Of a DNA stretch of 58,855 nt, positions 19,581 through 28,771 are shown one piece after another. Position 1 is the stretch's first letter. Every line of letters begins with the position of its first letter. Below the pieces are notes generated by a model, which was not told the DNA's origin, made no database searches, and worked only from the letters and a program-made list of their open reading frames with translations. The position numbers and the translations under genes are program-made. The DNA is from an uncultured Enterobacteriaceae bacterium (GTDB lineage: Bacteria > Pseudomonadota > Gammaproteobacteria > Burkholderiales > SG8-39), in contig CAYZFN010000224.1 in NCBI GenBank assembly GCA_964477695.1, positions 1 to 58,855 of the forward strand, read 5' to 3'.

Positions 19581-21665
19581 TCAGGTCGTGCAAACGTCTT
19601 TGCGCAGCGCGATCTGCGTCCACACTTCGTCGATCGCCCCGAGCAGCGCGTCGGCGCTGCGGAAGCGCGCTTCCGGCCGCTTCGCGAGCATGCCGTCGAC
19701 GAGCGCCTGGTATTCGGCGAGCTCCGCCGGCAGGCCCGGCACGGGCGCCGCGACGTGCTGCGAGAGGATCTCGAGGATCGTCGTGCCGTTGAACGGCCGC
19801 TGGCCGGTGAGCATCTCGTAGAAGATGATGCCGAGGCTGTAGAAGTCGCTCGCCGGCGTGACCTCGCCGCCGTCCGCCTGCTCGGGCGAGATGTAGTACG
19901 GCGTGCCGAGGATCTCGCCGTGCAGCGTCTGGTTGGCCGAGTTGTCGAGCCGCTTGGCGACGCCGAAATCCGTGAGAACCAGCACGCCCGCATCGCGCAG
20001 CATGAGGTTGGCCGGCTTCACGTCGCGGTGCACGATGCCGCGTCCGTGAATTTCTCCCAGGCCGCTCGCCGCCTGCGAAAGCAGCGACAGCGCCTGGCGC
20101 GGCGTAAGGCCGCGATCGATCTGCTCGCGCAGGCTGCCGCCGCGCAGGTACTCCATCGCCAGGTAGGCGAGCTCCTCGCCGAAGCCCTGGTCGTAGATGC
20201 GCACGACGTGCTCGTGCTCGATCGAGGACAGGATCGCGCATTCCTGGAAAAAGCGCTTCCACAGGCCGTCGTCGTCGCTGCGCCGGCCCTTCAGGACCTT
20301 CAGCACCACCTTGCGGTGGCCGCCGTCCTGCTCCTCGGCGAGGAACACGCTCGACATGCCGCCCTGACCGATCTTCGCCAGCACGCGATAGCCGTGGATC
20401 AGCGGCTCGCTGTCGCTCGCCAGGTCGGCGGCGCGCTTCGGCGCGCCGATCGCGTTCAGCGTGCTGTCGAGCGCGTGCTTCGCCGCCTCGGCGGTCGTCA
20501 GCGCGCTCTCCTGCAGCACCGCCTGGATGCCGAAGCTGAGCGGCGGCTCGGCCGCGCTCGCGGGCGCGCTCGCCGGTATGACGAGGCGGCCGACGCTGAT
20601 GCGCGCGCCGCGCCCGGCGAGCTCGAGCTCCCTCGTCTCGGCGACGCTGAAGCCCGCGCCCGCATAGTCGAGCGTGGCCTGGCTCGCCACGATCGGCCAG
20701 CCGAGCTCCTTGGATTTCGCTTCCAGCCGCGCCGCAACGTTCACCGTATCGCCGATCGCCGTCAGGTCGCCCGAGCCGCCGACCGAGAGCTGGAACAGCA
20801 TCACCTCGCCGGTGTGGATGCCGACGCCGATATCGAACGGCGGCAGGATCACCGAATCGAAGCGCGAGGCGACCCAGCTGCGAAACTGCTGCGCCACCTG
20901 CACGATTTCCAGGGCAGCGCGCAGCCCGGCCGCGGCATGCTGCGGCACTTGGTCGGGCGCCTCGTGGCCGAACAGCGCCATGAGCCCGTCGCCCATGATC
21001 TTCATGATGCGGCCGCGCTGCGCGAGGATCGGCTTGCAAGCCTCGCGCAGATAGGTGGTCAGGAGCTCGGCGATGTCCGTGACCGGCAGGCGCTCCGACA
21101 TGGTGGTGAAGCCGCGGATATCGGTGAACAGCACGGTCTGCGTGACGCGCCGGCCGGTCAGCCCGGCCAGATCCGCGTCGGTGGCGAGCTGCGGCTCGCC
21201 GCCTTCGATCTTCGATTCGTAGCGCGCGCGCAGCTCCCTCTCCACGGGCAGAGCGCGGCCGGAGACGAGCGCGCTCAGGCGGCGGCGCTTGTCGAGCGCG
21301 ACGTTGACCGCGTCGACGAGCTCGACCGGCTGCACCGGCTTGCACAGGAAGTCGTCTGCGCCCAGGCGCATGCCGCGGCGCACGCTGTCACGGTCGTTGA
21401 GCGACGTGAGCAGGACGAACGGCAGCGTGGCGGTCTTGGCATCGGCGCGCACCCGCTCGAGCACCTGGAAGCCGTCGAGGCCCGGCATCTGCACGTCGCA
21501 AACGACGAGGTCGGGCAGCGCGAGGCGGATCCTCTCCAGCCCGGCATTGCCGTCGGCGGCCACCTCGACCTCGAAGCCGGCCGCGCCCAAGAGGTGCGAC
21601 ACCAGGACGCGCATGGTCGGGTCATCGTCGATCGCGACGATGCGCTTTACGGTCGGAAGGGTCAT
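19581..21665 (-). CDS. REC - class III adenylate cyclase - Ser/Thr kinase fusion protein
   Basis: REC (DDD, CDVQMP, LTS, KP); cyclase FTDIRGFT, KIMGDG, GIHTGEV, TAIGDTVNVAARLE; kinase GQGGMS, VLKVL, HRDVKPAN, DFG, GTPYYISPE. Start ATG 21665. Confidence 0.9.
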   Translation of the reverse strand: MTLPTVKRIVAIDDDPTMRVLVSHLLGAAGFEVEVAADGNAGLERIRLALPDLVVCDVQMPGLDGFQVLERVRADAKTATLPFVLLTSLNDRDSVRRGMRLGADDFLCKPVQPVELVDAVNVALDKRRRLSALVSGRALPVERELRARYESKIEGGEPQLATDADLAGLTGRRVTQTVLFTDIRGFTTMSERLPVTDIAELLTTYLREACKPILAQRGRIMKIMGDGLMALFGHEAPDQVPQHAAAGLRAALEIVQVAQQFRSWVASRFDSVILPPFDIGVGIHTGEVMLFQLSVGGSGDLTAIGDTVNVAARLEAKSKELGWPIVASQATLDYAGAGFSVAETRELELAGRGARISVGRLVIPASAPASAAEPPLSFGIQAVLQESALTTAEAAKHALDSTLNAIGAPKRAADLASDSEPLIHGYRVLAKIGQGGMSSVFLAEEQDGGHRKVVLKVLKGRRSDDDGLWKRFFQECAILSSIEHEHVVRIYDQGFGEELAYLAMEYLRGGSLREQIDRGLTPRQALSLLSQAASGLGEIHGRGIVHRDVKPANLMLRDAGVLVLTDFGVAKRLDNSANQTLHGEILGTPYYISPEQADGGEVTPASDFYSLGIIFYEMLTGQRPFNGTTILEILSQHVAAPVPGLPAELAEYQALVDGMLAKRPEARFRSADALLGAIDEVWTQIALRKDVCTT

Positions 21666-23158
21666 AGGCCTAGCCTCGCGCAATCGTCGAGCAGCGCCTG
21701 TGCGCTCGAATAGCGTTCTTCGCGGTCCTTCGCCATGAGCTGGTCGAGGATCGGCTGCAGCGATTCGTGCGGCTGCGGCAGCTGCGGCACCGGCGCATTG
21801 GCGTGCAGGTCGAGCAGCTCCTCGGCGGTCGACGCGCGGTAGGGCTTTTGCCCGGTCAGCATCTCGAACAGGATCACGCCCAGGCTGTACAGGTCGCAGC
21901 GCTGGTCCACCGGCTGCGCCGTCGCCTGCTCCGGGCTCAGGTAGTAGGGCGTGCCGACCACCTCGCCGTGCGCGGTGTCGGTGATCAGCATGCCGACGTG
22001 CTTCGCGACGCCGAAGTCGGCGAGCGCGAGGCTGCCGTCCCTGCGCAGCATGAGGTTGTCCGGCTTGAGATCGCGATGCACGATGCCCGCCTCGTGGATG
22101 GCGCCCAGCGCCGCCGCGGTCTGCTTGACGTAGGAGATCGCCGCGCCGGGGGCGACGCCGGCGGCAATGCGCGCGCGCAGGTCGCCGCGCGAGAAGTACT
22201 CCATCGCGATATAGGCGTGCCCCGACGAGAAACCCTGGCGGTGGATGTGCGCGACGTTCGGATGCTGCACCTGGGCGAGCAGCGCGAACTCCTGGATGAA
22301 GCGCTGCAGGTGATCGTTGTCGCCCTCGCCGACGATGCGCATGACCTTCAGCACCTGCGGCTCGCCCGTGCCGTCGGCGGCGAGATAGATCGACGCCATG
22401 CCGCCCTCGCCGATCTTCTTCAGGATACGGTACCCCTCGATGGAAAAATGCAGGCCGGCGGCCTGCGCCGCGGCGGTCGCGGCACGCGCGAAGTCCTGCG
22501 GCCGGTCGTATTGCTTCTGGTTGGCGGCGATCGCGTCGCGCAGCGCCTGGTAGATCGCGGGCGCGCTGCGCGAGTTCTTCTGCGGCGCGAGGCCGGTCAC
22601 CTCGGCGATGTTGACGAACGACTCGTCGGGCATCGCCACCGAGCCGAAACGCCCGGACTCGATGCGCGCCCCGGCGGCGCGGCAGGCTTCGTCGGACGCG
22701 ACGATGCTCCAGCCGACGTCCGGGGCCGTGCATTCCAGCGCGCGGGCGATCTCGACGGCCTCGCCGGTCGCGCGCACCGCACCGCTCGTGCCGCGTGCGG
22801 CCGGTGCGACTTCGACGCGGCCGAGGTGCACGCCCGCCGCGACGGTGACCGGCGGCGCGTCGTGGCGCAGGCGCTCGGCGTTGCGCCGGTTGAGCGCGTC
22901 GGTCTCGTAGACCGCCAGGGTCGCCGCATGCAGCGCGCGGCGCGCGTGGTCCGGCTTCTCGTTCGGATCGTTGGCGAAGATGGCGAGGATGGAATCGGGA
23001 CGGCGCTGCACGATGATGCCCTTCTGGCGGCTGATGGGCGACTCGAGCACGCCGCGCAACTCGTCGACGAAGCCGGCGCTCAGATGCGGCGGCATCGCGT
23101 TGCAGGTCGGCAGCACGTTGCGCAGGCGCGCGTAGAGAATGGTCGCTACCGTTTCCAT
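21662..23158 (-). CDS. Degenerate (pseudo) class III cyclase domain - Ser/Thr kinase fusion protein
   Basis: N-terminus aligns with the neighbouring cyclase but catalytic residues are lost; kinase GEGGMAS, VLKVM, HRDLKPDN, DFG, GTPYYLSPE. Start at METVATIL. Confidence 0.85.
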   Translation of the reverse strand: METVATILYARLRNVLPTCNAMPPHLSAGFVDELRGVLESPISRQKGIIVQRRPDSILAIFANDPNEKPDHARRALHAATLAVYETDALNRRNAERLRHDAPPVTVAAGVHLGRVEVAPAARGTSGAVRATGEAVEIARALECTAPDVGWSIVASDEACRAAGARIESGRFGSVAMPDESFVNIAEVTGLAPQKNSRSAPAIYQALRDAIAANQKQYDRPQDFARAATAAAQAAGLHFSIEGYRILKKIGEGGMASIYLAADGTGEPQVLKVMRIVGEGDNDHLQRFIQEFALLAQVQHPNVAHIHRQGFSSGHAYIAMEYFSRGDLRARIAAGVAPGAAISYVKQTAAALGAIHEAGIVHRDLKPDNLMLRRDGSLALADFGVAKHVGMLITDTAHGEVVGTPYYLSPEQATAQPVDQRCDLYSLGVILFEMLTGQKPYRASTAEELLDLHANAPVPQLPQPHESLQPILDQLMAKDREERYSSAQALLDDCARLGL

Positions 23159-23333
23159 GCCGGCGAATGGGCTCTCCTCACGGCGCGTATGGTTGCGCGG
23201 GAGGGCGAGCGCAAATGTCAGCAACTGTCGGCCATTGGCAAGGTTGTAAGAGCCGCCAGGTCGCACATTCCCTGACAAAGGCTTTACGCATGCTGCCGAT
23301 CGGCGCGGCCGACGCCGTCTACATTGCGCTTCG

Positions 23334-24266
23334 ATGGGCAGGCAAGCGAACCAGCCACTGCGCGACGGCACCCTCCTCGACGAATACCGCATCGAGCGCC
23401 TGCTCGCTTCGGGCGGCTTTTCGTTCGTCTATCTCGCGCGCGACGCGCTGGGCTCGCCCTGCGCGATCAAGGAATATCTTCCCGCCACGCTGCCGATGCG
23501 CACCGGAGCCGATGCCGCGCTCAGCGTGCCGGAGATGCACCGCGCGGTGTTTCGCCACGGCCTGCAGTGCTTTTTCGCCGAGGCGAAGGCGCTCGCGGGC
23601 TTGCGCCATCCGAACGTAGTGCGCGTGCTGAAGTTCTTTCGCGGCAACGGCACGGCGTACATGGCGATGCGCTATGAGCGCGGGCGCACGCTCCAGCACT
23701 GCATCGAGCACGGCGGCGCCCGGCCGCGCGAGAGCTGGATCCGCGCCAAGTTCGCGCAGCTCTTGAACGGGCTGCGCGAAGTGCACTCGAGCCGCCTGGT
23801 TCACCTCGACATCAAGCCGGCGAACATCTATCTGCGCGAGGGCGACGATCCGATGCTGATCGACTTCGGCGCCGCGCGCGCCGCGCTGGGACGCGACGCC
23901 GCCGACCTGCCGCCGACCTATACGCCGGGCTTCGCCGCGCCCGAGCACCACGGCGGGCGCGGCCAGCTCGGGCCGTGGAGCGACATCTACTCAATCGGCG
24001 CCTGCATGTATGCCTGCCTGTCCGGCGAGGTGCCGCCGGCGGCGATCGAGCGCCGTGCGCAGGAACGCCTGCGCGCGCTGCACGAGCGCGCGGCCAGCCA
24101 ATATTCGAAGGAGCTCGTGCGCATCGTCGAAGCGTGCATGCGCCTCGATCCCGAGCAGCGGCCGGGCAGCGTGCTTTCGCTCCAGAAGGCGCTCCTCGGC
24201 GAGGCGTCGCTGCCGCAGATCGATGTGCCTGTGCAGCCGGCGCGCGGGCAGGCTCTGGCGATCTGA
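23334..24266 (+). CDS. Hanks-type Ser/Thr protein kinase
   Basis: LASGGFSFVYLA, AIKEYLP, HLDIKPANI, IDFG, TPGFAAPEH. Confidence 0.92.
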   Translation: MGRQANQPLRDGTLLDEYRIERLLASGGFSFVYLARDALGSPCAIKEYLPATLPMRTGADAALSVPEMHRAVFRHGLQCFFAEAKALAGLRHPNVVRVLKFFRGNGTAYMAMRYERGRTLQHCIEHGGARPRESWIRAKFAQLLNGLREVHSSRLVHLDIKPANIYLREGDDPMLIDFGAARAALGRDAADLPPTYTPGFAAPEHHGGRGQLGPWSDIYSIGACMYACLSGEVPPAAIERRAQERLRALHERAASQYSKELVRIVEACMRLDPEQRPGSVLSLQKALLGEASLPQIDVPVQPARGQALAI

Positions 24267-24269
24267 GCC

Positions 24270-25016
24270 ATGAACATCTCCGTGGTGCAGGAGACGCGCA
24301 AAGGCGGGCGGCCCTACAACCAGGACCACCTCGCGCACTGGATTACGCCCAAGGCCCTGCTGCTCGCCGTCGCCGACGGCATGGGCGGCTACGCCGGCGG
24401 CGAGCTCGCCGCGCGGGCCGCGGTGGAGTGCCTGGGCGAGGCGTTCCGTTCCCAGGCAAAGCCGGCGCTTTCCGATCCGCAAGCGTTTCTGTCCGGAGCG
24501 ATCGGCAAGGCGCATGCCGCCGTGGTGCGGCAGGCGGCCAAGGCGGGACTCGGCGAGGAGCCGCGCACCACGCTCGTCGCCTGCGTCGTGCAGGCCGGCC
24601 AGGCCTACTGGACGTTCATCGGCGACTCGCGCTTCTACCTGATCCGCGAGGGCAAGATCGTCGTACGCACCAAGGACCACACCTACGTGCAGCAGCTGAT
24701 CGACGCCGGCCGCATGCGCGAGGAAGCGGCCGCCGCGCATCCTGAGCGAAGCAAGCTGCTGCGCTGCCTCGGCGGAACCGTGGCGCCGGCCGGCGAGCCG
24801 ATTGCCAGCGCGCGGCTCGCGAAGGACGACATCATCCTGCTCTGCTCGGACGGCCTATGGGGTCCGCTCACCCCGCGGCTGCTCGTCATGGGCCTGACCG
24901 GCAAGGATCCGCGCCGCGCAGTTCCGGAGCTCATGAACCTCGCCGAGGCGCACGGCGGCCCGGGTTGCGACAACCTCTCGGCGCTGGCGCTTCAGTGGCA
25001 TACGGAGGCCGCCTAG
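24270..25016 (+). CDS. PP2C/PPM-family Ser/Thr phosphatase
   Basis: NQDH, VADGMGG, IGDSRFY, LCSDGLWG, DNLS. Confidence 0.92.
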   Translation: MNISVVQETRKGGRPYNQDHLAHWITPKALLLAVADGMGGYAGGELAARAAVECLGEAFRSQAKPALSDPQAFLSGAIGKAHAAVVRQAAKAGLGEEPRTTLVACVVQAGQAYWTFIGDSRFYLIREGKIVVRTKDHTYVQQLIDAGRMREEAAAAHPERSKLLRCLGGTVAPAGEPIASARLAKDDIILLCSDGLWGPLTPRLLVMGLTGKDPRRAVPELMNLAEAHGGPGCDNLSALALQWHTEAA

Positions 25017-25582
25017 ACCTCGCTCCCGGGCAGGCGGCGATCGCCGCGGCCGGAACGGCGTTCAAGGTCGACGGCTGCGCCCTGCTGCCTGCGATCGGAC
25101 GCAAGGACGTTGCGGCGCTCGGTGGAGGCGGCCGGACGCCATCCGACGTACGCGGCAATCGCGGCCGTGCCGCCATGCAGCCAGACGTCGTGTCCTTCGA
25201 GCGGCAGCAGGCCGAACAGCGTGTTCAGGTGCGGAATGAGGCCCAGCAGCGCCAGCGCGGCAAACAACACCGCGATCGAGCGTGCGTAGAGCGTCGGGTT
25301 CATGAGCGAGCGGCCGGCGAGAATGCCCCACACGCCGATGGCGAGATGCACGGCGCTATGCAGCACGTTCACGGGAAAGAGCCCGAGCAGGTAGCCGTTG
25401 AAGAGCGTCACGTGCACCTGCGGCGAATCCGGCGGCGCGAGCCGCAGCGCCTCGGGCACGAGGCCGAGCAGGCCGGCGGCGAAGTACGCCATGCCGCAGA
25501 AGAACGCAAAAGTTTCGGCTCTCGTAATCCCTCCCGGCGCCAGTCTATCCGCGCCGCGCGCAGGCTTGTCAAGGATTGTCAC
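25013..25582 (-). CDS. DUF4383-like membrane protein with ERR..DRR repeat tail
   Basis: Four hydrophobic segments, LLGLFPVNVLHSAVHLAIGVWG, DVWLH. Start could be a downstream Met. Confidence 0.7.
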   Translation of the reverse strand: MTILDKPARGADRLAPGGITRAETFAFFCGMAYFAAGLLGLVPEALRLAPPDSPQVHVTLFNGYLLGLFPVNVLHSAVHLAIGVWGILAGRSLMNPTLYARSIAVLFAALALLGLIPHLNTLFGLLPLEGHDVWLHGGTAAIAAYVGWRPAASTERRNVLASDRRQQGAAVDLERRSGRGDRRLPGSEV

Positions 25583-25644
25583 GCGAGGCTCGCGGGACGG
25601 GCTCGCGTCAGGTCAATCGCCTAATCTTCTTGCCGCCTTCGTCC

Positions 25645-26067
25645 ATGAAACGCGAGCGCCTGAAGAGCTGGGAGAGCTTCTGGATCGTGGCGGCCGTCCT
25701 CTGGGTCGCCGCGGTGGCGCTTTACGCCATCTGGACCCGCGGCATCGAGGTAGAGCGGCTGCGCTTCTGGGCCGACAGCATCGAGTGGACGATCAACGCC
25801 GATCCGATGGTCGAGGTGAGCGCAAAGGAGCTGCGCGCGAGCCTGGGCGACGAGCAGTTCATCGCCACGGCGCCCGCCGCTTATCCGCGCGTCAATCTCA
25901 AGGAGACGATGCAGCGCTATGAAGCCGACCTGGCGCGTCGTCCGCGGGGCATGCACGATGGCCTGACTTTCATCGCGTGGGCGCTCGTGCCGCCGACGCT
26001 GCTCTATCTGCTCACGCTGCTCGCGATGCGCCTGCGCGCCGTGTTGCGTCCGACGCGGCCGGAATAG
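25645..26067 (+). CDS. Hypothetical membrane protein (two transmembrane segments around a soluble loop)
   Basis: GC-rich codon usage; N- and C-terminal hydrophobic helices. Confidence 0.6.
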   Translation: MKRERLKSWESFWIVAAVLWVAAVALYAIWTRGIEVERLRFWADSIEWTINADPMVEVSAKELRASLGDEQFIATAPAAYPRVNLKETMQRYEADLARRPRGMHDGLTFIAWALVPPTLLYLLTLLAMRLRAVLRPTRPE

Positions 26068-26093
26068 CGGCGCACCGCGCCAGCGCGATCGTG

Positions 26094-26177
26094 TGCCCGG
26101 GGCCGGACTCGAACCGGCACGGCCTCGCGGCCGGCAGATTTTAAGTCTGCTGCGTCTACCCGTTTCGCCACCCGGGC
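26094..26177 (-). tRNA. tRNA-Leu (anticodon TAA), CCA not encoded
   Basis: GCCCGGG/CCCGGGC acceptor stem, GGGTAGACGCA D arm, GCAGAC-TTAAAA-TCTGC anticodon arm, long variable arm, GGTTCGAGTCC T arm; followed by CAC rather than CCA. Confidence 0.93.
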
Positions 26178-26210
26178 GAGCCTGCGCCTGCCGGCTCACA
26201 GGCTACCCGA

Positions 26211-28502
26211 TTAGCTTGCCCGCCGCAGGAACGTCAGCAGCTCCGCCACGGCAAGCGGCTTGGCAAACAGGTAGCCCTGCATCTGGTCGCATCCGAGTTC
26301 GAGCAAGAGCGTAGCCTGGCTCTCCGTCTCGACGCCCTCGGCAACGACCTTGAGCCGTAGCGAATGCGCGAGCGAGATTATCGTCTGAACGAGGGTCCGC
26401 GCCGTCGAATCGTCGTCCATGGCCTTGACGAACGAGCGGTCGATCTTGAGCGTCTCGACGGGGAGGCGCGCCAGGTAGGCCAGCGAGGAATAGCCGGTGC
26501 CGAAGTCGTCGACTGCAATGCCGACGCCCAGACGCCGAACTTCGATGAGCTTCTCCATGCTCGCCTGGATGTCCTCCATGACCACGCTTTCGGTGAGCTC
26601 CAGGTCGATCCCGGTCGGTGACAGGCCGTCGCGGATCGCCTGCTCCAGGGTGCGCACGAAGTTCCGCTGGCGCAATTGGATAGCCGATAGGTTGACCGCG
26701 ACCTTGGGTGGGCGCAGGCCCGCCTCGGCCCATGCGCGATGGTCGAGCGCGGCACGCCGCAGTGCCCACGAGCCGACGTCCAGGATCAAGCCGGTTTCCT
26801 CGAGCAAGCCGATGAACTTGATCGGCGGCACGAGCCCGAGTTCGGGGTTCTGCCAACGGATCAGCGCTTCCAAGCCGACGATGCGACGGCTGGCGGCGTC
26901 GATCTTCGGTTGGTAGTGCAGAACGAACTCTTCGTTCTCCAGCGCCCGGTGCAGCTGACTCTCGAGCGACAGCTTCTCGGCGATTCGCTCCGTCATTTCC
27001 CGCCGGTAGAAAAGAAAGCGCTCGCCAGAGCCCTTGGCCTTCTTGAGGGCCGCTTCCGCGTTGCGTAGCAACGTGTCAGTGTCGCTTCCGTCCGAAGGAA
27101 AAACGGCGATGCCCATTCGGGCGGAAATCCGCAGCTCCGTCGATCCGACCGGGAAAGGGGCGCCAAACGTCGCGCCGAACCGGCGGCCGGTAAGGACGGC
27201 CAGCTCCTCCTCGCTCTCGACGTCGGGGGTGACAATGGCGAATTGATCGCCGCCGAGGCGGGCGCACCAACTATCCCCCGGCCCGACCGTGCTCAGGCGC
27301 CTGACGACCTCGAGGAGCAGCGCGTCGCCCGCCTGACGCCCTATGCCATCGTTGATCGTCTTGAAACGCTCGATATCGAGAATCTTCAGCGCCACTCGAT
27401 CGCCGGTGCGAGCTGCATCGTGCAGCTGCTGCCTGAGGCGCTCGTGGAAGAGCGCGCGGTTGGGCAGCCCGGTCAGGGCGTCGTAGTACGAAACGTACTC
27501 GAGGCGCTGCGCCTTTGCGATGTGGTCGAGCGCAAAGGAGACGTCACCGGCCAGCTCCTCGAGCAGGCGCAGCTCCTCGGCATCGAAGAAGCCGGCGTCG
27601 GCCGCGTACAGGGCAAGGGTTCCCACAGCCTCGTCATCCACGACCAGCGGCAGGATCGCGAGCGAATTGATGCCGCGCTCGGCCAGCTCGCGGCGCATCA
27701 GCCGCTGCGGATCATTCTGCACGTCATTCGACAGGATGGGGCGCTTGGCGCGCACCGCTTGCCCCGCCAGACCATGGCCGCCAGGCTTGGTCTCGAGCAC
27801 CGCCATCGGTGCCGTGGCAAAGAAATCGCCGACGTTGCCGGCCCTGGCGACGGGCTCCACCAACGAGCGCGCCCGGTCGACAAGGCCGATCCACGCCATC
27901 ACGAAGCCGCCGGCTTCCACGGCAATGCGGCACGCTTCCTCGAGCAACTGCGGGCGCTCGCGGATGCGAACGATGGCCCCGTTGATGCCGCTCAGCACCG
28001 CGTAGACGCGGTTCAGGCGGTTGATGCGTTCCTGCGCCCGGACTTGCTCGGTGATGTCCTGCAGCGTGTTGAACCAGCGCAGCCGGCCCCGCTCGTCGGC
28101 GTTGCCTGGAATCGGCTCCATCACTTGCCGCACGTGGACCCATGCGCCGTCACTGCGCCATAGGCGGTACTGGACCTCTTTGCGCGCCTTGTCGCCTCGC
28201 GCCAGGAGCGCCGCCGCGCGAAATCGCTCGCGGTCAGCAGGGTGAATAAGGTCGAGCCAGCGCCGGGTACTGCCGACCACCTGTTCCGGCGCGATGCCGA
28301 GCAGACGCGGCAAGGTCTCGGACCAGGTCTCGAAAGAGCCCTCCGGCCCCGTGATGACGTGCGCGAGGCCTGCCATGAGCTGCGCATGGCGAAGACCGGC
28401 AGCCTGCTCGCGTAAATCGCTTAGCGAGATCGCCGGCGTCCGTGCCTCGGCCTCGGCGACCACGTGGACTGCCTTTTCCGCTGGAGAAGGTTTCCGCGGC
28501 AT
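26211..28502 (-). CDS. PAS-GAF-GGDEF(degenerate)-EAL protein, probable c-di-GMP phosphodiesterase
   Basis: DALTGLPNR, RLGGDQF, EALIRW, DDFGTGYSSLAYL, LKIDRSFV, AEGVE, QGYLF. Start moved to MPRKPS. Confidence 0.88.
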   Translation of the reverse strand: MPRKPSPAEKAVHVVAEAEARTPAISLSDLREQAAGLRHAQLMAGLAHVITGPEGSFETWSETLPRLLGIAPEQVVGSTRRWLDLIHPADRERFRAAALLARGDKARKEVQYRLWRSDGAWVHVRQVMEPIPGNADERGRLRWFNTLQDITEQVRAQERINRLNRVYAVLSGINGAIVRIRERPQLLEEACRIAVEAGGFVMAWIGLVDRARSLVEPVARAGNVGDFFATAPMAVLETKPGGHGLAGQAVRAKRPILSNDVQNDPQRLMRRELAERGINSLAILPLVVDDEAVGTLALYAADAGFFDAEELRLLEELAGDVSFALDHIAKAQRLEYVSYYDALTGLPNRALFHERLRQQLHDAARTGDRVALKILDIERFKTINDGIGRQAGDALLLEVVRRLSTVGPGDSWCARLGGDQFAIVTPDVESEEELAVLTGRRFGATFGAPFPVGSTELRISARMGIAVFPSDGSDTDTLLRNAEAALKKAKGSGERFLFYRREMTERIAEKLSLESQLHRALENEEFVLHYQPKIDAASRRIVGLEALIRWQNPELGLVPPIKFIGLLEETGLILDVGSWALRRAALDHRAWAEAGLRPPKVAVNLSAIQLRQRNFVRTLEQAIRDGLSPTGIDLELTESVVMEDIQASMEKLIEVRRLGVGIAVDDFGTGYSSLAYLARLPVETLKIDRSFVKAMDDDSTARTLVQTIISLAHSLRLKVVAEGVETESQATLLLELGCDQMQGYLFAKPLAVAELLTFLRRAS

Positions 28503-28771
28503 GGGTGTCGTTGTCGAACTGAAACCGCGTACCGAGTCTAGCCGGAGGCGAGCTATGGGGCTATGAACGCTCTTGCAAAAGACCGTGCAGTTGCGTCGCG
28601 CTTGTCGGGAGCTTCCCGACACCGACGCCGCAGTCCGAGGACCAGCACACTTCGCTTTATCCGGACGTCTTAGATGAGCACGCCAAGGAACGTCCGTTGA
28701 CACATCTTCACTCGAGCAAAACGATGTCAGGCGCTGCTCTGGTACTGCAGGTGTGCGGTTATCGTCGGCGG

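Noticed and set aside
19581-22733. Single 1050-aa fused protein as given in the ORF track
   Set aside because: The part upstream of 21665 is an off-frame read of the neighbouring kinase gene; the real gene starts at MTLPTVK with an ATGA overlap.
28570-28595. Possible sigma-54 promoter upstream of the EAL gene
   Set aside because: Lacks the invariant GG at -24.
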